From NCBI GenBank assembly GCA_965248195.1, contig CBDFIQ010000001.1, positions 768,001 through 832,000 of the forward strand: a DNA stretch of 64,000 bases, in the 5' to 3' direction. Below the pieces are notes generated by a model. The model was given only the letters and a program-made list of their open reading frames with translations, made no database searches and was not told where the DNA came from. Position numbers and translations under genes: made by a program. The DNA is from Longimicrobiales bacterium (GTDB taxonomy: Bacteria; Gemmatimonadota; Gemmatimonadetes; Longimicrobiales; Gaopeijiaceae). Each line of letters starts with the position of its first letter. Position 1 is the first letter of the stretch. Positions 22,579 to 32,292 of this stretch are shown one piece after another.

Positions 22579-23340
22579 TTATGGTTGCTCTACCAACTCG
22601 AGAGGATCGACCGTCTCTCCTTCGAATAGGATCTCGAAGTGCAGGTGAGGCGCGGTCGAGTCACCGGTGTCCCCGCTCAGCGCGATCACTTCGTTCTTCC
22701 GTACTTCCTCCCCGAGCTTCACCGACGTGTCGGACGCATGAGCGTACAGGGTCACGTATCCATTTTCATGATCGATCCGCACAAACTTTCCATACGTGGG
22801 ATCCTCGCCGACCTCCACGACCCGGCCCGCACCCGCGGCCCGAATATATGAGCCGGTGGGGATTGCGATGTCCAGGCCCGGGTGGACCTCTCCACCATCC
22901 TCGACCCGCCGTCGTTGGGTCACGAAGCCACGCTCGGCCAGCGGCCAGCCATCGGGCTGGCCATCGCGCCCCTCACTAACACCCGACGAACGGCTGAGGG
23001 AGCCCGGAGGAGGGAGCCAAAGCTCAGACGGCGCACCCGAGCCATCGGGGGCAAAAAGATCTCGAATGTCCGAGTACTGGCGTTCGACAGTATTGAGCTG
23101 GCGGAGAAGCCCCGGAATCCGTTCTTGGCTCACACGCATCAAAGCGACCTCCGCTTCGAGCTCTGCCATGTGGGCAACACGCGAGGCCATGTACGCCCAG
23201 GTCACGATCAGAAACGTCACCGCCACGCCGAGGCCGAGGGCGAGGCCGCGCAGCATACGCAAGCGCCTGTACGAGACCTCGAACGTCCGGCTCTGGCTGG
23301 TCTCAGGCACGAAAATAATCCGCATCACCGGGCCCTTCAC
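22579..23340 (-). CDS. M23-family metallopeptidase
   Basis: HPGLD, YAH, STAPHLHFE. Confidence 0.93.
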   Translation of the reverse strand: MKGPVMRIIFVPETSQSRTFEVSYRRLRMLRGLALGLGVAVTFLIVTWAYMASRVAHMAELEAEVALMRVSQERIPGLLRQLNTVERQYSDIRDLFAPDGSGAPSELWLPPPGSLSRSSGVSEGRDGQPDGWPLAERGFVTQRRRVEDGGEVHPGLDIAIPTGSYIRAAGAGRVVEVGEDPTYGKFVRIDHENGYVTLYAHASDTSVKLGEEVRKNEVIALSGDTGDSTAPHLHFEILFEGETVDPLELVEQP

Positions 23341-24236
23341 GACACAACCTCTGACACCTCTCGACCCGTGATCAGGTGGAAGACCCGCTCGAAGTCCTCA
23401 TGATTACGGAACGGTACCTCGATCACACCGGAGCCGCCTCTGCGAAGCCGGACGCTGGCCCTGGTGGCAAGCGCTGCCCGTAGATCTTCCTCCAGAGCCC
23501 GAACGACCGGATCCCGGTGCCTGGAGCTGCGGCGCTTAGATTTCTTCTTCCTCTTGACCGATTCGACTCCGGCGTGCCTTTCCATCTCACGGACAGACCA
23601 GCCGCCCGTGATGGCCTTCCGGGCGAGCCCCGCCATCTCTTTCTGATCGTCGAGCGCGAGCAGCGCCCTCGCATGTCCGCTCGTGAGGGATCCCGCCTCC
23701 ACATGCTTCCGCACCGATGCCGGCAACTGAAGAAGACGGACCATATTCGCCACCGTGGAGCGACTCTTGCCGACGGAGCGCCCGATCTGGGCGTGACTAA
23801 GGCCGTGATTGTCCATGAGAACCTGGTACCCCTCCGCCTCTTCCATGGGGTTCAGGGCCTCGCGCTGAAGGTTCTCCACAAGAGCAAGGACCAAGAGCGT
23901 GTCATCGTCGACCTCGCGGGTAATCGCCGGGACCTCGTTCCAGCCAAGCTTCTGGACGGCGCGCAAGCGGCGCTCCCCAGCCACCAACTCGTATTTTCCC
24001 GGGATCCCCGGTGCCGGGCGGAGCAAGAGTGGCTGAAGAAGACCATTCTCCTCGATGGATTGGGCCAACTCCGTCAGTTCTTCGCCCGAGAAGATCTTGC
24101 GGGGTTGTTGCGGATTCGGCCCGATCGATCTCACAGCGATGAGCTGCGCCTCGCGTCTCGGAGCCTCTTCCATATACTCGCCGAGCAAGGCGCCGAGCCC
24201 CCTGCCGAGACGAGTCTTCTTCGCTGGCGGATTCAC
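23337..24236 (-). CDS. parB: Chromosome partitioning protein ParB
   Basis: LGRGLGALLG, QPR, GERRLRA, ENLQRE. Confidence 0.96.
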   Translation of the reverse strand: MNPPAKKTRLGRGLGALLGEYMEEAPRREAQLIAVRSIGPNPQQPRKIFSGEELTELAQSIEENGLLQPLLLRPAPGIPGKYELVAGERRLRAVQKLGWNEVPAITREVDDDTLLVLALVENLQREALNPMEEAEGYQVLMDNHGLSHAQIGRSVGKSRSTVANMVRLLQLPASVRKHVEAGSLTSGHARALLALDDQKEMAGLARKAITGGWSVREMERHAGVESVKRKKKSKRRSSRHRDPVVRALEEDLRAALATRASVRLRRGGSGVIEVPFRNHEDFERVFHLITGREVSEVVS

Positions 24237-24276
24237 TCGCCTATATCCTCCAGCTGAAGGGACGGCGCGCCGCCCA

Positions 24277-25059
24277 TCAGGCCGCCGTCGGTCCATGTCC
24301 CGTCATGAGCTCCTCGGCGAGTGCCAGATAACTCTGGGCTCCGTTGGACAGAACGTCGTACCGGAGGATCGGCTGTCCGAACGACGGGGCCTCGGCCAAC
24401 CGGACATTTCGCGGAATGGATGTCTTGTACACGCGGTCGCCGAAATACTCCTTCGCCTCGGCGGCCACCTGTCTCGCCAAGTTGAGGCGCCCGTCGAACA
24501 TCGTGAGCAGCACGCCCTCGATCTCGAGGAGCGGATTGAGCGCCCGCTGGACAAGCCGCACCGTGTTGAGCAGCTGACTGAGACCCTCGAGGGCATAGAA
24601 CTCACATTGGATCGGAATCAATAACGAGTCGGCCGCCGTAAGGGCGTTCAGCGTCAGCAGCCCGAGTGAAGGGGGACAGTCCAGGAGGATGAAATCGTAG
24701 TGGGCCCGGATCGGAGCCACTGCTCGGCGAAGAATAGTCTCCCGGCTCATGGCGCCGACGAGTTCGATTTCCACACCAACCAGGTCCCGTGTACTCGGCA
24801 TGAGGTCAAGAAGTGGGAACTGAACCGAGGTACGCACAGCCGCTTGGGCATCCCCGCCATTCATGAGCACGTCATAAATCGTGACCCGCTCGTCGGCAGT
24901 CGATGAAAGGCCGAGTCCGCTCGAGGCGTTCCCCTGCGGATCCAGATCGATGACCAATGTCCGCGCCTCGGCCACCGCGATTGCGGCACCCAAATTTATG
25001 GCGGTCGTGGTCTTACCCACACCGCCCTTTTGGTTGGCGATGGCAATGACGCGGGACAT
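24277..25059 (-). CDS. parA: Chromosome partitioning ATPase ParA/Soj
   Basis: NQKGGVGKTTT, DLDPQGNA, DCPPSLG. Confidence 0.96.
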   Translation of the reverse strand: MSRVIAIANQKGGVGKTTTAINLGAAIAVAEARTLVIDLDPQGNASSGLGLSSTADERVTIYDVLMNGGDAQAAVRTSVQFPLLDLMPSTRDLVGVEIELVGAMSRETILRRAVAPIRAHYDFILLDCPPSLGLLTLNALTAADSLLIPIQCEFYALEGLSQLLNTVRLVQRALNPLLEIEGVLLTMFDGRLNLARQVAAEAKEYFGDRVYKTSIPRNVRLAEAPSFGQPILRYDVLSNGAQSYLALAEELMTGHGPTAA

Positions 25060-25249
25060 GCAAACGAAACCGTTGTGATGAGCCTTGGTGGCGAGGTCTA
25101 GAATAAACGGTCGTCCAACGAGGAGCAAAATGCAAGGACATGCTCCGGTGCCTCTTGCCGACACGGGATCCCTTATCGAAACTCTAGCGTCGCGGAGCAA
25201 AGATGGCCTCGCCGGCGTTCGCGTTACTTCCCCCCTCAACTGGATCGGC

Positions 25250-25729
25250 ATGCGCTCCAAACGTCCTCTTGATTCACGAAACCCGCTGCGACTACTCGTG
25301 TTCATCGGGATAGCGGCCGTTGGCGGCACTGGCTGCGGGAAGGAGCCGACGGAGCCGGACGCCAACCCAGACTTCATGGTGGGAAACTGGTTGGCCGATT
25401 CGCTGGTGCTGACGAGTTTGGCGAATCCGCAGGTGTTCACCGATCTAGTCGCCGACCTAGGGGCGGTGTTCACGCTTTCGGTCCAGCCTTCCGGGCGTTA
25501 CACGGCGATCTTGTCGGGGTTCGGGCAGTCCAGCAGCGAGTCGGGGAGACTCACCGTGGACGGTGCTGAGGTCGTTGTCACACCCGAGGTGCCGCCGGGG
25601 CCCGAGTCGCGGGCCCTCTGGGAGCGCGTGGGCGACTCAGTCATCTTGGAAGGTGAGAGCGAGTTCGACTTCAACCTCGACGGCACGACCGAGGCGGCCA
25701 TGCTCAGACAAGTGCTGATTCCGAACTAG
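25250..25729 (+). CDS. Putative lipoprotein (lipocalin-like beta barrel)
   Basis: Signal ending GTGC, MVGNW motif, beta-strand pattern. Confidence 0.65.
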   Translation: MRSKRPLDSRNPLRLLVFIGIAAVGGTGCGKEPTEPDANPDFMVGNWLADSLVLTSLANPQVFTDLVADLGAVFTLSVQPSGRYTAILSGFGQSSSESGRLTVDGAEVVVTPEVPPGPESRALWERVGDSVILEGESEFDFNLDGTTEAAMLRQVLIPN

Positions 25730-25796
25730 CTTTCGTTAGAGGGCCCGGGCTGATGGAGGGCTCGGGCTGATCGAGGGCCCCGGGGCTGACCGGGGG

Positions 25797-25812
25797 TGTT
25801 TCACGTGAAACG
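25797..25812. promoter_or_regulatory. parS site
   Basis: TGTTTCACGTGAAACG. Confidence 0.93.
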
Positions 25813-25868
25813 CCTCTCGGAACACTCAGTCCGTCCGGCTCCGGAAAGGAGGAGGGGGGGCCGGAGCC

Positions 25869-25884
25869 TGTTTCACGTGAAACA
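25869..25884. promoter_or_regulatory. parS site (perfect, inside a 22-bp palindrome)
   Basis: GCCTGTTTCACGTGAAACAGGC. Confidence 0.95.
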
Positions 25885-25891
25885 GGCCTGC

Positions 25892-27790
25892 TCAGCTCTT
25901 CGCCGCCACCTCCATCGGCCCGTTCCGGCGCCACCGCCGGACCTCGAGGATCAGGCTCTGTAGATCCGCCGGGGACACGCCCGGTATCCGGCCGGCCTGC
26001 GCCAGCGAGGACGGACGCACTCGCGCTAGTTTTTCCCTCGCCTCGAAGGAGAGGCTCAGGAGCTCTTCGTAGGGAAGCTCATGGGGGATTTCGAAGTCCG
26101 CCTGCTTTCGTAGGCTCTGTGCTCGCTCCGCCTCGCGCCGGACGTACCCCTCGTACTTGATCTCGATCTCGACCGCGGCCAGCGCGTCCGCATCCGCCGC
26201 GGGGTCGAACGTAGCTCCTCCGACGCTCGCGAGCCCGCTCGCGGTCACTTCCGGACGCTTCAAGAGCTCGGACGCACGGGTAGACTGGCGTACCGGGCTG
26301 CTTCCGCATTCCTGCAGCATCGCGTTGAGGGCCGCCGGTTCGATGACGGTTTCAACGAACCACTTTTGGATGCGAGTCTCTCGTTCCTCGAGCGTGGCCA
26401 GCGCCGCGCCCTGCACCTCGGTCAGTAGACCGACCTCCCTCGCACGCGGACCGAGGCGTCGGCTCGCATTGTCCTGGCGAAGCAGGAGCCTGAACTCGGC
26501 TCTGGATGTGAACAGGCGGTACGGCTCGTCCGTCCCCTTCGTGATCAGGTCGTCGATCAAGACACCGATGTAGGCCTCGTCCCGCTCCAGCACGAACGGT
26601 CCCCGTCCGAGGACTCTCAGAGCCGCGTTCGCTCCCGCCAGCAGCCCCTGGCCCGCCGCCTCCTCGTAACCGGTCGTCCCGTTGATCTGGCCCGCGAAGT
26701 AGAGGCCCGGAAAGGCCCTCACCTCCAGGGTATGCCTCAGTTGGTGGGGCGGAAAGTAATCGTATTCGATAGCGTACCCGACCCTCGTCACTTCCACACG
26801 CTCGAGGCCGGGAATGGTACGGAGGAACTCCACTTGAACGTCGGCCGGCAGAGAGGTCGAGAGGCCGTTCACATAGAGTTCCGTGGTCTCCAATCCCTCC
26901 GGTTCCAGGAAGACCTGATGACGGGGCGCCTCCGGAAACCGGACGATCTTGTCCTCGATCGACGGACAGTACCGGGGTCCCTGCCCGGAGATCTCGCCGC
27001 CGAAGAGCGCACTCCGGTCCAAGTTACGCCCGACTACGTCACGGAGCTCCGCTCCGGTCCACGTGATCCAGCAGGGTCGCTGCTCCGGGATGCTCTCCCT
27101 CACATAGGACGAAAAACGGAAGTCCTCCGGATCGCCGTCCTGCCTCTCGGTGCGAGTGAAGTCCACGCTCCGACCGTCGATTCGGGGAGGGGTGCCGGTC
27201 TTGAAGCGAGCGATTTCCAGGCCGCGGGCCTCCAGCTCCTCGGCCAACTGGACTGACGGCGCCTCCCCGGCCCGGCCCGCCCCCACACTGGCATCGCCCC
27301 CAATGTGGATCCTGCCCCGCAGGAACGTCCCGGCCGTCACCACGACCGCTCTCGCGCGCAATTCTTCGCCTCCACCAGTTTTCACTCCAGCCGCCCGGCC
27401 TTCTTCCATGAGAAGACCCGTTACCATGTCCTGATAAAGGCACAGGCCCGGCACCTCGTCGAGCGCCTTTCGCACGCCCAGGGGATAGAGGCCACGATCA
27501 CACTGGGCCCGAGGACTCCACACGGCCGGCCCCTTCGAGCGGTTCAGCATCCGAAACTGAATCCGTGCTGCGTCGGTCGCACGCCCCATGATTCCACCGA
27601 GTGCGTCCACTTCCCGTGCGACCACCCCCTTCGCTACCCCTCCGATCGCAGGGTTGCAGCTCATCTGCCCGACCCGGGCGAGATCGGGCGTGATCAACAG
27701 CGTTCGAGCCCCGATCCGTGCGGCCGCAGCCGCTGCCTCAGACCCGGCATGGCCACCCCCGACGACGATCACATCGTAAGAGCGATTCAT
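25892..27790 (-). CDS. mnmG: tRNA uridine-5-carboxymethylaminomethyl modification enzyme MnmG
   Basis: VVGGGHAG, MSCNPAIGG, GPRYCPSIEDK, GQINGTTGYEEAA. Confidence 0.97.
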   Translation of the reverse strand: MNRSYDVIVVGGGHAGSEAAAAAARIGARTLLITPDLARVGQMSCNPAIGGVAKGVVAREVDALGGIMGRATDAARIQFRMLNRSKGPAVWSPRAQCDRGLYPLGVRKALDEVPGLCLYQDMVTGLLMEEGRAAGVKTGGGEELRARAVVVTAGTFLRGRIHIGGDASVGAGRAGEAPSVQLAEELEARGLEIARFKTGTPPRIDGRSVDFTRTERQDGDPEDFRFSSYVRESIPEQRPCWITWTGAELRDVVGRNLDRSALFGGEISGQGPRYCPSIEDKIVRFPEAPRHQVFLEPEGLETTELYVNGLSTSLPADVQVEFLRTIPGLERVEVTRVGYAIEYDYFPPHQLRHTLEVRAFPGLYFAGQINGTTGYEEAAGQGLLAGANAALRVLGRGPFVLERDEAYIGVLIDDLITKGTDEPYRLFTSRAEFRLLLRQDNASRRLGPRAREVGLLTEVQGAALATLEERETRIQKWFVETVIEPAALNAMLQECGSSPVRQSTRASELLKRPEVTASGLASVGGATFDPAADADALAAVEIEIKYEGYVRREAERAQSLRKQADFEIPHELPYEELLSLSFEAREKLARVRPSSLAQAGRIPGVSPADLQSLILEVRRWRRNGPMEVAAKS

Positions 27791-27791
27791 G

Positions 27792-28079
27792 TCAAATGAT
27801 CTCGAAGTGGGTTGGGAGACTGTCGTCGGACCGAAAACCATCGACTCCGTCGACCCGCGCCATCGGCGGACCGGCCTCCAGTGCGGTGGCGAGCGCCTCC
27901 AGCGTCTCGACGTCCCCGGCCGCGTGAACCTCGACCGTCCCGTCCGGACGGTTCCCGACCGTACCCCGCAGGCCGAGATCCGACGCCCGGCGCTGCGCCC
28001 ACCACCGAAAGCCGACGCCCTGCACCCGTCCACGGATCCGAAAACCCCGCTGCTGCCACTCCGACTCGGAATCCCTCAT
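27792..28079 (-). CDS. acyP: Acylphosphatase
   Basis: GRVQGVGFR, GTVGNRPDGTVEV. Confidence 0.93.
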   Translation of the reverse strand: MRDSESEWQQRGFRIRGRVQGVGFRWWAQRRASDLGLRGTVGNRPDGTVEVHAAGDVETLEALATALEAGPPMARVDGVDGFRSDDSLPTHFEII

Positions 28080-28112
28080 AAACGGTCCATCCTCTGCCCA
28101 CGGAAGCGCCCT

Positions 28113-29546
28113 CTACTTTCCAATACAAAATTCGTGGAAGACCCGATCTAGAATCTCGTCGGTCGAGATCAATCCCAGCAACTCCTCCAGGGCCGTCTCC
28201 GCTGGCCGAAGCAGCGCCGACGCCACCGCAACCGGCGTACCCGCTTCCAGCGCTTCCATAAACGCCACCACTTGATCGCGAGCCCTGCGGACCGCCTCCG
28301 ACTGCCGAGCTCGGGTCAGCGCCGGCACGGACGCGCCGGTCCGGACCAGCCCCCCATAGACCATCTTGGGAAGAAGCGCCTGAAGACGTCCGAGGCCGGT
28401 CCCATCGACCACCGAGAGCTCCACACTTTCGCACACATGGGCGTCCTTCAGGTCCTCGGACGCCGCATCTCCCGACGCCAGACCCCCGGACGCCGCATCT
28501 CCGGACACCAGGTCGGCTTTGGTCCTGAGTAGAACCGTCGGCACATCCGCCAGCCCCGTTAAGAACTCCCGCTCGGCCGATCCGATCTCCGAATGGGATT
28601 CTACGCAAAAAAGTACGACATCCGCGCGATCGAGATACCGGTGCGCGACCTCGATGCCCAGTCCCTCCACCCGATCATCCGAATCGTGGAGTCCGGCCGT
28701 GTCCACGAGGCGAAATGGGAAGCCCCCAACCGAGATTACGGCCTCGAGGGCATCCCGAGTCGTGCCGGGCACCTCGGTGACGATGGCCCGCTCTTCTCCG
28801 AGCAAGGCATTATAAAGGCTGGATTTTCCACTGTTCGGCGGGCCGGCGAGCACCGTCAGGGCACCCTCCCTCAGGAGCTCCCCCTCCGGCGCGGTCTCCA
28901 GGAGCTCTTCCAGAGCCTCCTGCAGAGCCGCGGCCGCAGCTACGACCCGGTCCACCGGCACGGGCGCTTCGTCCTCCTCCGGGAAGTCGATATGATGGAC
29001 CAGGTAGGCTTCGAGGGTGACGAGCTGCTCTCGGAGCTCCGCGATCCTTCGGCTCAGACCTCTCTCCACCTGGAACAGAGCCGCATCGTGCTGCGCCCTA
29101 CTGCGTCCCTCGATCAAATCGAGCACGGCCTCGGCTTGCACCAAGTCCATCTTCCCGTGCAAAACCGCCCGACGGGTGAACTCACCCGGCTCGGCCAGGC
29201 GGGCCCCCCTCGCAACGCACGCATCCAGGACCAACCGGGGCACGAGCCACCCGCCATGGCAGGAGATCTCCACCACGTCCTCGCCTGTATAGCTGTCCGG
29301 CCGCGGGAATGCGGTCACGAGCGCCTGGTCCAGGAGGTCCCCGCCCTCGCCATCCCTTACGGAACGCACATTTACTGTCCGCGGGGCGGCATCGTCTTGG
29401 TCGGGCGTGACCGCCCGGAGGATCTGAAAGGCTTCGGGCCCGGACATGCGCACCAGAGCGATCGCGCCCGCCCCGGGGGCCGTGGCCAACGCCGCGATGG
29501 TGTCCACCGCCAGCTCGGGAAGCCGGCTGGAGGCCTCGTCAGTCAC
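28113..29546 (-). CDS. mnmE: tRNA modification GTPase MnmE
   Basis: DTIAALAT, SYTGED, GPPNSGKSS, GTTRD, FCIGK. Confidence 0.97.
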   Translation of the reverse strand: MTDEASSRLPELAVDTIAALATAPGAGAIALVRMSGPEAFQILRAVTPDQDDAAPRTVNVRSVRDGEGGDLLDQALVTAFPRPDSYTGEDVVEISCHGGWLVPRLVLDACVARGARLAEPGEFTRRAVLHGKMDLVQAEAVLDLIEGRSRAQHDAALFQVERGLSRRIAELREQLVTLEAYLVHHIDFPEEDEAPVPVDRVVAAAAALQEALEELLETAPEGELLREGALTVLAGPPNSGKSSLYNALLGEERAIVTEVPGTTRDALEAVISVGGFPFRLVDTAGLHDSDDRVEGLGIEVAHRYLDRADVVLFCVESHSEIGSAEREFLTGLADVPTVLLRTKADLVSGDAASGGLASGDAASEDLKDAHVCESVELSVVDGTGLGRLQALLPKMVYGGLVRTGASVPALTRARQSEAVRRARDQVVAFMEALEAGTPVAVASALLRPAETALEELLGLISTDEILDRVFHEFCIGK

Positions 29547-31290
29547 CGCTCGTCGCGGGCTGATTGACCTGCCCCTTGTCCCTGAGCTGTTTACGCTCCC
29601 TGGCGATCAAGTATTGCTGCGGAATCGTCGCCAGATTGGACGTAGCGTAGTAGAGGTTCAGGCCGGACGCAAAATTGATGAAGATGAAGGTCATCATGGG
29701 GGGCATGATCCACATCATCATCTTCATCTGCGGGTTGGGTGGCATGGATCGCATGGAGATCCACTGCAGGAAAAACATCGAAACGCCCAACAGAATCGGG
29801 AGGATGTAGAACGGATCGGCAGCGGCAAGGTTCGGCAGCCAAAGAAAGCTCTCCCCGCGCAACTGAATCGTGTTCCGGAACACGAAGAACAGCGTGATCA
29901 GCACGGGCCATGGAAGCAGCATCGGCAGGCACCCTGCCAGGGGATTGAAGCCGTGGTCCTTGTACAGCTTCATCATCTCCTTCTGTAGCTTCTCCGGCTG
30001 GTCCTTGTACTTCTTCTGGATCTCCTGAAGCAGCGGCTGCACCGCCATGTTCCGCATCTGTGCCCGCATCGCCTTCTGGTTCAGCGGGAAAGTCAGGACC
30101 CGCATCATGATGCCGAAGATGATGAGCACCCAGCCGTACCCGACATTCAGATTGAGGTGCAGAAAGGTCAGGACCGACAAGACGACCGCCACCACGGGTC
30201 GGACCACCGGCCGCATCCAGCGATATCCGTACGGATTGGCTTCTTCCAGATCGTTCTCGAACGCCGTCAAGAGGTCGCGCTCCTGCGGCCCCATGAAGAT
30301 CCGGTGCTCCAACATCCCGTTGTTGCCCACAGGCTGAGCGACGGCGATCGCCGCCTGGTCCTCGCCCGGGGCGGGGCTCGCGGTCAGCCCTCCTAAATAC
30401 TGTCCGCTGCCCTCGCGGCCCGGGACCAATGCGAACATGAAATATTTGCTCTTGAGCGCAGCCCAAAGGAGGGGCCCCTCTTGCGTGCGTTCGGAATCGA
30501 CCCGACTGAGCATCTCGTCGTCGATCCCCTCACGCAGGTGGTTCGTCACGTACCCCATCACGCGTGACTCTTCGGTGCGGTTGCGCTCGTTATACTGGAG
30601 CCCCGAGCCCATCGACGTGACCAACAACGCACCATCGGCACCCACCACCGCGGTCCGCACGCCTATGACGTACGACGAAGGATCGAACGTGTAGGCCGTC
30701 TCGAGTGTGAGCGCGCCGGAAGGGTGGCGATACCGGAAGGTCAACGTCTGAGGCGCACTGCCCTCGTCGAGTCGCAATCCAGCGGCCGGCTCGACCTCGA
30801 ACGGCTCGGTGCCGAGATCCAGCACGCCGTCGCCTACCCGAAGTTCCATCGCCAACGCACCGTCGCTCTCCGCGACGATCAGCTCCACCGGCCCCTCTTG
30901 ATCGAACGACTGAAATTGGAGCAACCTCGCCGAGGTCAAGCGAGCCCCGGCGGTGCTCCACACGAACCGGTAGAGGGGGCCTTCCACCACCACTGTGTCT
31001 TCAGAGGCCCCGGCGGGGATCTCCTCAGGCCCAAAAACCGGGCTTGGCTCGGCCGCTGGCTGCCCCGCAAAGGGAGGAGGCACGTCGCCGGGGGTTCCCC
31101 CTCCGGCGTCTGCCCCAGGCAGGGGTATGCTCGGCGCACCGGCGTCCCCCGAACGATCGAGTTGCCCGGGCACCTCACCCTCCGGCCCGCCCACCTCCTC
31201 CGGTGGGATCGGCGGAAACAAGAGGTTCGTCCCGACGAGAACGAGAATCATCAGCGTGATCGCCAGCAGGAACCGTGCTTCTTGCGGCAT
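29539..31290 (-). CDS. yidC: Membrane protein insertase YidC
   Basis: NPLAGCLPMLL, FLWLPNLAAADP, GLNLYY. Confidence 0.95.
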   Translation of the reverse strand: MPQEARFLLAITLMILVLVGTNLLFPPIPPEEVGGPEGEVPGQLDRSGDAGAPSIPLPGADAGGGTPGDVPPPFAGQPAAEPSPVFGPEEIPAGASEDTVVVEGPLYRFVWSTAGARLTSARLLQFQSFDQEGPVELIVAESDGALAMELRVGDGVLDLGTEPFEVEPAAGLRLDEGSAPQTLTFRYRHPSGALTLETAYTFDPSSYVIGVRTAVVGADGALLVTSMGSGLQYNERNRTEESRVMGYVTNHLREGIDDEMLSRVDSERTQEGPLLWAALKSKYFMFALVPGREGSGQYLGGLTASPAPGEDQAAIAVAQPVGNNGMLEHRIFMGPQERDLLTAFENDLEEANPYGYRWMRPVVRPVVAVVLSVLTFLHLNLNVGYGWVLIIFGIMMRVLTFPLNQKAMRAQMRNMAVQPLLQEIQKKYKDQPEKLQKEMMKLYKDHGFNPLAGCLPMLLPWPVLITLFFVFRNTIQLRGESFLWLPNLAAADPFYILPILLGVSMFFLQWISMRSMPPNPQMKMMMWIMPPMMTFIFINFASGLNLYYATSNLATIPQQYLIARERKQLRDKGQVNQPATSGD

Positions 31291-31521
31291 CTACCCTACT
31301 TCCTCGACTTCGGGGACCGGGTCATAACCCTGTCCGCCGAATGGATGACACCGCAGGATTCGTTTGAACGCGAGCCACCCGCCAGAACGCGCCCCGTACC
31401 GGTCGATGGCGCCAACCGCGAACTCGGAGCACGTGGGCGTGAAGCGGCAGGAGGGCCCCGTGAACGGAGACACCCCCCGTTGATAAAGGCGGATGGCTCG
31501 AATCATCCCGCGTCTGAACAC
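31291..31521 (-). CDS. yidD: Membrane protein insertion efficiency factor YidD
   Basis: [21 protein letters not shown]. Confidence 0.95.
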   Translation of the reverse strand: MFRRGMIRAIRLYQRGVSPFTGPSCRFTPTCSEFAVGAIDRYGARSGGWLAFKRILRCHPFGGQGYDPVPEVEEVG

Positions 31522-31907
31522 AGTTCCTCCGTCATCGACTGAAGCTCATCGCTCAGCCTACGAAAACCGACCCCATAAGCTTCCCGTCGCGCCCTCACCA
31601 ACACGTCCAACGCCAGCCCCTGCTCCCTGAGTCGGGGTAGCACACGAGTTCGCCCGATCTCTCGTAAACGTCGTTTGACACGGTTCCGCTCCACGATGGA
31701 ATGCCGGTGTTTGGGGACGATCATGCCCCAACGGTTGCGGGAAGCGGATGAAGATAAAAAGAAGACGTCCAAGCTGGCCGTCTTCTTCCTCGTTCCGTCC
31801 TTGAGAAGGGATCGAATATCTCGCGCCTTGTGGATCCGCGCCGAGCGAGGTAACCGAAATCTCTCTCCTCCCAGGCCCGTCCCCGCAGCCGAGTGGGCTG
31901 CCATCAC
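31503..31907 (-). CDS. rnpA: Ribonuclease P protein component
   Basis: [12 protein letters not shown] motif; position between rpmH and yidD. Confidence 0.92.
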   Translation of the reverse strand: MMAAHSAAGTGLGGERFRLPRSARIHKARDIRSLLKDGTRKKTASLDVFFLSSSASRNRWGMIVPKHRHSIVERNRVKRRLREIGRTRVLPRLREQGLALDVLVRARREAYGVGFRRLSDELQSMTEELCSDAG

Positions 31908-31911
31908 TCGA

Positions 31912-32061
31912 TTACTTCGAGCCGATCTTCACCACGAGGCGGGCGCGTCCCCGGGCCCGCCTCCTCGCCAGCGTTTTCCTCCCGCCGCGAGTCTTCATGC
32001 GCTCCCGGAAACCGTGCTTGTTCAAGCGCTTCCGATTCCGTGGCCTATATGTGGGCTTCAT
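31912..32061 (-). CDS. rpmH: 50S ribosomal protein L34
   Basis: [22 protein letters not shown]. Confidence 0.97.
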   Translation of the reverse strand: MKPTYRPRNRKRLNKHGFRERMKTRGGRKTLARRRARGRARLVVKIGSK

Positions 32062-32292
32062 AACGTTTTGGTGCCTGGAGTCGTCGTCCCACGGCCACAT
32101 GGATAGGCCGGGCAGCAGATGTATAGCACAGTAACATATCCGAGTGTGCGAGCACCGGTCAAGGTCGGCGACACCGCCCGAGACCTAGCGCGTCGGGAGG
32201 GGAAATTGACTTTTCCACAAACGGAATCTAGCGTCCTGAGCCGCCGTCATTCCCTTCACGCGAGCGAGCGTCACCGTTCACCTTAGGAGCGC

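Noticed and set aside
25704..25934. ORF containing VSRET twice
   Set aside because: Translation of the parS palindromes
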